Sequence record: OM319461.1
Length of the DNA stretch: 64,000 bases
Strand: one strand, 5' to 3'
The translations under genes were made by a program, and so were the position numbers. This document shows, piece by piece, positions 57,541-64,000 of the stretch (position 1 is its first letter; the number at the start of each line of letters is the position of its first letter). The notes under the pieces were generated by a model that did not search any database, had not been told where the DNA came from, and saw nothing but the letters and a program-made list of their open reading frames with translations.

Positions 57541-58032
57541 GTTAAAACGAGTTCGGTATTCTGTAATGCCGTCTTCGATTGGCCAAACACCTTCGTTGGT
57601 CAATAGATGATCTTCGTAACCAGACAAGCCGATTAGCATTGGTTGTGCATTAGGACGATCTTCTGGATTATAGCCAACGCCGACAGCAGAAGAGAAGTAA
57701 TGGCGATTACCAAAGGCATCAGTAAGAAAGCCAATGTCCTCTGCACCGTCGATGATTGGATCAATAACAGTCATNGCATCTTCGGTGGCAGTAAGGTCAA
57801 CTACCAATAAGCCATTAAAGTCTTGAATAACTTCTTGGTCAATGTGGCCGATATGTGTAAACAAGTAAGGTACCTCATCTACAATCTTGCCGATAGCGAA
57901 ACGAACAACGCATTTGTTGTTATGTGCTTCATCAATTGCAAAGGCAATAGCATTGACGGCTAGGTTTTGTTTAAAGAACCAGTTGCGAACTACGTCTTGT
58001 AAGCAAGGAAGGTTTTCATTTGGTTTAGTCAT
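57538..58032 (-). CDS. Hypothetical protein
   Basis: Likely start MTKPNE at 58032; the longer ORF overlaps the thyA end. Confidence 0.6.
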   Translation of the reverse strand: MTKPNENLPCLQDVVRNWFFKQNLAVNAIAFAIDEAHNNKCVVRFAIGKIVDEVPYLFTHIGHIDQEVIQDFNGLLVVDLTATEDXMTVIDPIIDGAEDIGFLTDAFGNRHYFSSAVGVGYNPEDRPNAQPMLIGLSGYEDHLLTNEGVWPIEDGITEYRTRFN

Positions 58033-58063
58033 GATAANTCCAAAGTGCCCCGAAGGGCACCTA

Positions 58064-58992
58064 TTAAACAGAAAATGGATAGATGATAGAACCGTGGCTT
58101 TCATAGCCCTCTAGTTTGAAGTAGTCATCAAACTTGTCCATGTCAAATGTCTCTAGTGCTTCCAGAGAATCAATCTCAGGAGAGATCCATAGACGAGGAG
58201 CATCAAAAGGTTTACGTTCGTGTTGGCGTTTATCCATTANGATNNNNTATTGNTCTTCNTAGATNTGACAGTTNTCNGAACANTGNTTNGCAANACCNGC
58301 NNGNTGNTTTGTGATCTGNGCAAAGATAGCTAGNAGGAAGTANGTCTGTACNTCATTNNNNANNCCNCCNANNAGNNANTCNTTNNNNCGCTGANNNGTA
58401 CGNAGGTTNAANTTACCATNGATNAGGTTNAANGCCCANGTATGCATACAAGGNCGNAGACANGAACNNTGCAAANCTNTCNACGTTCCATGCNGTANCA
58501 NTNAGNCCNCGNTCATCTTGNCCTTTACAAAGTGANTCGTAGATATANCGAACCATNTCNCGNCCTTCGCCTTCGTAGTTNGCTTTGACTTCCATTGNGT
58601 CATCTTCTTTACGAAGAATCATTGGTACGTAACCTTTAGGGCGGAACAGATANGCNTNNCCCATGTCNCCATGNCCTTTNCGATGNGGNTTNGCNAACCA
58701 TGCTTCNTTNTNGTTGGCATTGNCNTNCCANGTAGGTACNACCCATNGCNTCGAANANANNNGAANTNCGATANCCNCGNATNTANCCGATGATTTCTTT
58801 GATNGCNNTNTTCCANACNTTCTTACCNCAAGCACGAGTNGTCTCTANNGGAAAGACNCCAGNACCAACATCNATCNNNGTNTCGATAAANGCNTACTCN
58901 ANNACNTTCTTNCCNGTGCGTTCGTTGTAGTTCCATGCNCCNTGTTCTACNATGCGNTTNAGGCCATCNAGCCANCCAGTATANGCAGCCAT
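58064..58992 (-). CDS. thyA: Thymidylate synthase (Vibrio ThyA type); two apparent +1 shifts at N positions, probably assembly artefacts
   Basis: Three ORF-track fragments join: NERxxK..KEIIGY, W..NAN..EAW..HRK..DMG, CLRPCMH, QR..N.VQ, NCHIY, and the C-terminus YPFSV. 929 nt = 309 codons + 2. Confidence 0.85.
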
Positions 58993-58996
58993 NGTT

Positions 58997-59450
58997 TTAT
59001 TCTCCNGTGATTACTTCGTAGCCGTTGAAAAAGTTACGCGCCCAAGCGTATTCCATTGTGTCCTTGTAGCNCTTGAGTTCTTTGTTCTCTACAAGNTCNC
59101 CNTANGNAGCCGCCCAGTCAAAGTCCATCTCTTTGCTNTCNAGCTTNCNATACNNNNTCNGGNNNATGCCANNGCCANNGGAANCCAANNCCAGTGCGNT
59201 ATTNTGCTTNACCNGANACNAGCATGNNCTTNTNTTCNCCNTCTAGGGTTTTGACATGGATCACATCCAAAGAACCAACCGCACTGATGGTCGCCATAGT
59301 ACAGTCTTCAGCGATACGGTAACGTGCCTTGAACCACATCGGTAGTTTAGCTTGAATTGTTACCGACATTCCAGTGCCATTGTGCTTTGTGTTTTGCTTT
59401 ACTAGTCGCTCGAAACGAGCTTCTGAAATAAACATGTTTGACTTGTTCAT
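58997..59450 (-). CDS. Hypothetical protein (frame broken in N-rich stretch)
   Basis: ORFs 59118-59450 and 58997-59188 overlap in the ambiguous zone; 454 nt = 151 codons + 1. Confidence 0.5.
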
Positions 59451-59827
59451 CTTTCACTAAGTCCTTTATATTCCATTGTATGTTCACCAACAAGACTATT
59501 CAGTGGTCTCGTTGAAGTATCTTCGCCGATTCGTTTAACCAGCTCAGGAGAGATGTTATCGATATTGTCTGCTATAAAGACAAGGCGATTACTATAAGTT
59601 TCAGCTAACTCTCGATTTGATTTTGATTCTTTTTCAAAGAACTCGCAATTAAGAGTAAGGGTTTTAATTTCGTTTGCGCTTTGAGTCGTGAGCTGCTCTT
59701 GTCTTGCGTGTTTCTTTTTCCAATTTTGGATTGAATTCAAGAGAGCACAAACCCAAACGACAAAACAAATTAGAGTTATCCCCAGTACGATTGAAAGCCC
59801 TTTAAAATAAAGCAGTGAGTATTCCAT
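59447..59827 (-). CDS. Membrane-anchored coiled-coil hypothetical protein
   Basis: N-terminal TM segment (LSIVLGITLICFVVWVCALL). Confidence 0.6.
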   Translation of the reverse strand: MEYSLLYFKGLSIVLGITLICFVVWVCALLNSIQNWKKKHARQEQLTTQSANEIKTLTLNCEFFEKESKSNRELAETYSNRLVFIADNIDNISPELVKRIGEDTSTRPLNSLVGEHTMEYKGLSER

Positions 59828-60312
59828 TAGACATTCCCCTCTATGCGAGCCTGTGCCATAGGTGCATTAGGGACACCACGACCAGACATTAATTGACCAT
59901 TGCGTTTAGACATGAATACACCATTAGGGATTCGGAACCAAATCTTAACCGGTGTGTTTTGCGTTTCAAAGCGAATATGAAATCCATCACTGCGTTTCTC
60001 TCGCTCTAGAGTCACATGGTGTGTAAGACGATCTGGTGCGTCACTGTCAAGGCGTTTACCTATGAATGCAGCATGTTCTCTAGCATGGTCGTCTTTTAGT
60101 GTGACTGACAAGAATGGAGCAATGACCTTCTTGCCTTTTGGTGCTTTTCGTGTAGCCCAGCGAATATCTAGGTCACAAGCAAAACTGATGTCCATGGGGT
60201 CAAGCCATGGAAATGAAAACGTAACGGGTTTGCCTGGCTCTACTTCAAACGCCATTGTTCTGCGAGTACAAACTTGATGAGTACCCGAGCTTTTTGAAAG
60301 TGTTCTGTACAT
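59827..60312 (-). CDS. Hypothetical protein (probably early)
   Basis: 161-aa ORF with AAGGA SD and a TATATTAC motif upstream. Confidence 0.65.
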   Translation of the reverse strand: MYRTLSKSSGTHQVCTRRTMAFEVEPGKPVTFSFPWLDPMDISFACDLDIRWATRKAPKGKKVIAPFLSVTLKDDHAREHAAFIGKRLDSDAPDRLTHHVTLEREKRSDGFHIRFETQNTPVKIWFRIPNGVFMSKRNGQLMSGRGVPNAPMAQARIEGNV

Positions 60313-60344
60313 GATACTATCCTTTATTGAGAATGATCCTTATG

Positions 60345-60352
60345 GTAATATA
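60345..60352 (-). promoter_or_regulatory. phiKZ-type early promoter motif TATATTAC
   Basis: Exact match on the minus strand, 33 nt upstream of the 60312 start. Confidence 0.6.
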
Positions 60353-60374
60353 GAGATCATCCTCTACTGAATGA

Positions 60375-61052
60375 TTAAGCTTCTTGGCCGTCTAGGTGTT
60401 CAGACAGATACTTCTTGTCAGTATCAATCGCCTGTACCATCTGACGAATCAAATCGATTTCACCTAGGATGTAATCACAATCGTCCATTGCATTGTGTGT
60501 TACTGCACCTGGCTTTAAGTCAGTCATTGTTGGGTGGAACATGCGAATAGCCAGACGAATAGAACTCACGTCTAACATCTGGTGAGAAAGCACCGTACCT
60601 AAGTTAGGCATCTGTGCGTCAATAAAGCTACGGTCGAAACCAACCGAACGTGCTGCCAGACAGATTTGGATTTCGTTTCGTGGGTTCGCTGGAACGAGTT
60701 CGCCGATGTGTTCTTCTAGCATGGCTACTAGTTCTTGTTCTAGAGATTCTACAGAAACGCGTTCTCCGGTCTCCCAGCGAGTCATGAATGGTTCTGTGCC
60801 TTCTACATGGACTTTGTTATGGAAGTCGCGTGTAGACTCGTTCCAGTTGCCAATACGCACTGGATCATAAACAAGACGTTCTGTCTGTGCAAGTACTTCC
60901 ATTGTGCTAGCGTCAACTAACTGGAAAGCACCTTCCATGATGGCATGGTGTTGTTGACCTAGAATCCAGTTGTTGTCTTTATCTTTCTGTGCGCCATTGA
61001 AGCCGTTTGTTTCAAAGTCAGCATTGAGAATGAAGTAGCGTTTATCGTACAT
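60375..61052 (-). CDS. DEDDh 3'-5' exonuclease, oligoribonuclease (Orn)-like
   Basis: ADFETNG (Exo I), SVGFDRSFI (Exo II), LDVSSI and HNAMDD (Exo III). Confidence 0.8.
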   Translation of the reverse strand: MYDKRYFILNADFETNGFNGAQKDKDNNWILGQQHHAIMEGAFQLVDASTMEVLAQTERLVYDPVRIGNWNESTRDFHNKVHVEGTEPFMTRWETGERVSVESLEQELVAMLEEHIGELVPANPRNEIQICLAARSVGFDRSFIDAQMPNLGTVLSHQMLDVSSIRLAIRMFHPTMTDLKPGAVTHNAMDDCDYILGEIDLIRQMVQAIDTDKKYLSEHLDGQEA

Positions 61053-61104
61053 GATGATTCCTTGGGTTGTGGGTTCTTAACATAATATTCAAAACAACGG
61101 TTAA

Positions 61105-61132
61105 AAAAGAGTATTGCCCCGAAGGGCAATAC
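61105..61132 (-). terminator. Intrinsic terminator
   Basis: GTATTGCCC-cgaa-GGGCAATAC with a minus-strand U-tract. Confidence 0.8.
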
Positions 61133-61139
61133 GTCTTCG

Positions 61140-63197
61140 TTATTTCTGTTCTTTGAGTTTCTTTTCGGCTTCTTTGACAAGAGCGTTACACGCCTTGATC
61201 GACGATTGGTTCATACGTCTAACCAAAAGAGCGATGTCTCGACCGAGTGCAAGGTGACTCAGTGCCAGTGTACGATTTTCCTTGGCGAGCTTAGAAAAGT
61301 CCTTCTTCATGAGCTCGTCGATGTTTCTAGCCAGATCACCTGCTTTAACAATTGACTTTTGAGCAGAGTCGGAGTATTTTTCTAAGTCTTCCAAAGAAAC
61401 GTTTCTAACTACTTTGTTCTTGACTTTTGGTACGTCTTCAAACCAATGGAAAGAAAGTTTATAAGGGTCGTCTTCATTCACTTTGGCACGGAAGCCACTG
61501 TTAGTTCCTGCCCACGGACGGATCTCCAGCATATTGTCCTTCATCCCAACCGCTTCAAAACCATGCTTAACTGTATTTGAAATTTCATCAACAGCTTTTG
61601 GTGGCTGGCCAAGACCAAATTGGATGATACCAGCCATGAGACTCTGAGCGGTCTCGATCAGTATCGTTGTTTTCTTGACAACTTCCAATGGATGGATGAT
61701 CTCTTTGCCGTTAGCAAGTACAGCTGCCTCAATTGCAATCGTCAGGTTGAGATCCATGGCCATCTTGCGAGGGTCTTTGTTGATCTCTTCCTCCACTTTC
61801 TTCGCAGTAGCTTCGGCCTTCTTGCCTACTCCATCGGCTTCATCGACGGCTTTCTTTGTTGCCGCTGTACCAAAGATACGAGAAAACATGGCCTTGATCT
61901 TTTTGAGGATCTCTTGGATCTTGTTTGCTATAGCCACGCCAGCACGCTTGATAAAGCTTTGTTTGCCACCAGCTGCCATCACTAGTTCTTCTGGTACATG
62001 GTACATAAAGCGAGCTTCATCGACTTCTGTTTTGGCTGATGATTCAAAAGCAATTGCTTCTTGCTCTGCTTTCTGCATTGCCTCTAGCTCATGTTCTAGT
62101 TGAGCAATTTCGATTTGTTCTGGGTATAGGAAAGACATGTTTGTTCCTTGGTCTTTGTTTGCTTTCTTGATGGAGTCGCCNAGNACACGGTAACCNCCAT
62201 TGAGNGTTTCTTTGTACATTGCTACAGTAATGCCAAGAATGCGAGCAATCGCTGATTGNGTTTTTNCATTCTCTTCGTTTANCTGNGTGTTGTANNGTGC
62301 AATTGCACGTTGGACCTTTGGCATTGCNGCAAAGCCTTTNATGANNGNNTCNGAACCTTTTTCGAANTCNCCCTTGTCNANANNNACNCGCCCANCNTTA
62401 ACGATNGCNGCTTTNGCATTTACCATCTTNGGAGAGATNCCANCAGNCNTAACNACACTAAGTGNCANACTNTGATNTTTNGTNAANCCAAATGNCATTG
62501 CNCGANTNTCNNNNGTGGCACCNAANCCATAAAGATCCGTAAGAATTTTACCTAGGCCTTTTGAATAGTTTGTGTCATCTAGTTTGCCCAATGACGAAAG
62601 TGCACGTGGCAGGTTATTAATCGAATCCAGTGCAGCTTCCAAAGTAGCAGTAATCTGTTTCGAATTCATGAAGTCCACGGTAGCAGAACGCCCGCCTGAA
62701 CGATCAGTGGCAAATGCATGATGCGATTTGTTTAGCGGAACAACTCCAGTAAAATACGTACCATTGGCTACGCCTTTGCGTGCTGTCTCTAGACGAAGTT
62801 GTTTGACTCGACTGTCGCCGACAAACTTGGTCAGTACATTTGTAATCGCGGCTTTTACTTTAGCAATTGCCTGTTTGATCTTAACTGCGGCCTTTGCTTT
62901 AAAGCCTGCTGCCCCACCTGCTTTCAAAACAATTGATTCTGGCACGGCGGCATAAAAGCGGGCCTCTGCTACCTTCAGGCTTTCTTCGTCGCCATCGTGT
63001 GCCAAGAATACATCTACTGCATCAATGGCCGCCTCGACTATGTTCAGTTCTGTCAGCGCAGCAAACAATGCCAATGTTTCATTATCTTCCGTAACCGGCT
63101 CGTCAGGAAGAATGATCGATGTCCCAGGGGCTTCTTCGCCTTCGTCTTCTGGGAGAATATCAGCTTCGAATAGTTCTTTTAAAGTAATCTTTTTCAT
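61140..63197 (-). CDS. Internal head (ejection-type) protein; apparent in-frame fusion of two paralogues (63197-62151 and 62138-61140)
   Basis: Both halves carry an acidic propeptide then EARF..VPE..V..AGG...F...I...I..I. An internal SD and ATG sit at 62138. Confidence 0.65.
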   Translation of the reverse strand: MKKITLKELFEADILPEDEGEEAPGTSIILPDEPVTEDNETLALFAALTELNIVEAAIDAVDVFLAHDGDEESLKVAEARFYAAVPESIVLKAGGAAGFKAKAAVKIKQAIAKVKAAITNVLTKFVGDSRVKQLRLETARKGVANGTYFTGVVPLNKSHHAFATDRSGGRSATVDFMNSKQITATLEAALDSINNLPRALSSLGKLDDTNYSKGLGKILTDLYXXGAXXXXXAMXFXXXKXXSXXLSXVXXXXISXKMVNXKXXIVXXGXXXXDKXXFEKGXXXXXKGFXAMPKVQRAIAXYNXQXNEENXKXQSAIARILGITVAMYKEXLNXGYRXXGDSIKKANKDQGTNMSFLYPEQIEIAQLEHELEAMQKAEQEAIAFESSAKTEVDEARFMYHVPEELVMAAGGKQSFIKRAGVAIANKIQEILKKIKAMFSRIFGTAATKKAVDEADGVGKKAEATAKKVEEEINKDPRKMAMDLNLTIAIEAAVLANGKEIIHPLEVVKKTTILIETAQSLMAGIIQFGLGQPPKAVDEISNTVKHGFEAVGMKDNMLEIRPWAGTNSGFRAKVNEDDPYKLSFHWFEDVPKVKNKVVRNVSLEDLEKYSDSAQKSIVKAGDLARNIDELMKKDFSKLAKENRTLALSHLALGRDIALLVRRMNQSSIKACNALVKEAEKKLKEQK

Positions 63198-63220
63198 TTG
63201 ATTTTCGTCCGATAAAAACA

Positions 63221-63242
63221 ATAGGGGGAAGTACCCCCCTAT
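63221..63242 (-). terminator. Hairpin/terminator between head-protein paralogues
   Basis: ATAGGGGG-aagtac-CCCCCTAT stem, then TGTTTTT on the minus strand. Confidence 0.55.
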
Positions 63243-63248
63243 GATGTT

Positions 63249-64000
63249 TTATTTTTTCTTCTCTGTACCAGTACTAACAAGCAAAGCAGTAGCACCCAGG
63301 AAACGCAGCTGGAGCTGAACCATCTTGTCAACACCACTGATCAATCGCATTACCCATTTGGTATCGAGGCCGTCAGTAGAGGTACCTTCGGAAGTCGCCC
63401 ATTTGTCGACATCAAGGTTAGTCTTATCCAGTGATAGCCAAGAACGACCAATTACTTCTGCCAAGTCAGCTACTTTAGCTTCCTTGCCAGTTAGATCGAT
63501 TCCTTTAGACTTCTCTTCTGGATGTGACACCATGGTGATAGGAAGTGCTTTAGGACCACTGTCTACAACAACTGCACAGCCGTTTTCTGTCAGGTAAGCA
63601 TAAAAGACATCAGTATGGGTCTCACTTTCGATTGTGTGGGTCGCACTGGAAATCTTGGCCATTTCTTCTAGCCATAGTTTTCCTAGTTTCTTCGCCGGTA
63701 GGTTGTCGTCGAAACCTTTTGCTGTAGTGGTATTATGCGCAGCAGCAAGTGCGGGGATAGCAGAAACCGTCTTGACCATGTCTTCGAGTGAGATTGCTTC
63801 TCGTGCCACGCGCTTGACGATGTAATTCTTTATGTCATGGCCGCCGAGATCATATAGTGGCCCAAGTTTTTCAGAAGGCTTCACTTCCTTACAAACAAGA
63901 TCTCCGTTGCGCAAACCAACTGCAACTGTCATCATTTGTTTGTTGATCTTTTTGCCTTTAGCACGGAAGCGCTTAACGATACCAGAAATAGCTGCTTTGA
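63249..64000 (-). CDS. Internal head protein paralogue, 5'-truncated by window edge
   Basis: The frame stays open to the window end (KAAISGIVKRF), matching KAAITNVLTKF of the downstream paralogue. Confidence 0.6.
   Translation of the reverse strand, partial: KAAISGIVKRFRAKGKKINKQMMTVAVGLRNGDLVCKEVKPSEKLGPLYDLGGHDIKNYIVKRVAREAISLEDMVKTVSAIPALAAAHNTTTAKGFDDNLPAKKLGKLWLEEMAKISSATHTIESETHTDVFYAYLTENGCAVVVDSGPKALPITMVSHPEEKSKGIDLTGKEAKVADLAEVIGRSWLSLDKTNLDVDKWATSEGTSTDGLDTKWVMRLISGVDKMVQLQLRFLGATALLVSTGTEKKK

Noticed and set aside
58064-58992. thyA as a frameshifted pseudogene or programmed frameshift
   Set aside because: Both frame changes fall at or next to N bases (about 58740 and about 58470), and catalytic motifs are intact, so consensus gaps are the simpler explanation.
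58064-58992. dCMP hydroxymethylase / DNA base-modification enzyme
   Set aside because: The specificity residue is Asn (AAT, 58355-58357), as in dUMP-using thymidylate synthases, not Asp.
61140-63221. Stop-codon reassignment as the cause of the long fused ORF
   Set aside because: The junction codon is CAA, not a stop. TAA, TAG and TGA all terminate well-supported genes elsewhere in the window.

Overview
Core virion-morphogenesis region of a phiKZ-like (Chimalliviridae-type) jumbo myophage. A Vibrionaceae host is likely, because the thymidylate synthase is of the Vibrio ThyA type. The window runs from the tail tube through prohead protease, all recognisable virion RNA polymerase (vRNAP) subunits, a gp181-like tail lysin with an M23 domain, UvsX/RecA, RNase H, a spanin pair, PAAR/central spike, SbcC and a tail-fibre operon. 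It then passes through an accessory/nucleotide-metabolism block and ends in tandem paralogous internal-head-protein genes. phiKZ/SPN3US/T4 orthology calls come from motif recall and synteny, not from a search. Main observations: (1) Two group I introns carrying HNH endonucleases split the vRNAP beta gene (HHDD|AKRQN) and the beta-prime gene exactly inside the catalytic DFD|GD motif; the 55-codon final beta-prime exon is missing from the ORF track. (2) A hairpin-rich non-coding region at about 1830-2268 and a 29-codon acidic micro-ORF. (3) Three blocks of wobble-biased N bases that point to two co-assembled haplotypes. (4) An apparent TAA-to-CAA fusion of two head-protein paralogues. (5) A T4 gp5.1/gp5.4-like cassette beside the phiKZ-type spike. 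No tRNA, rRNA or CRISPR array was seen.
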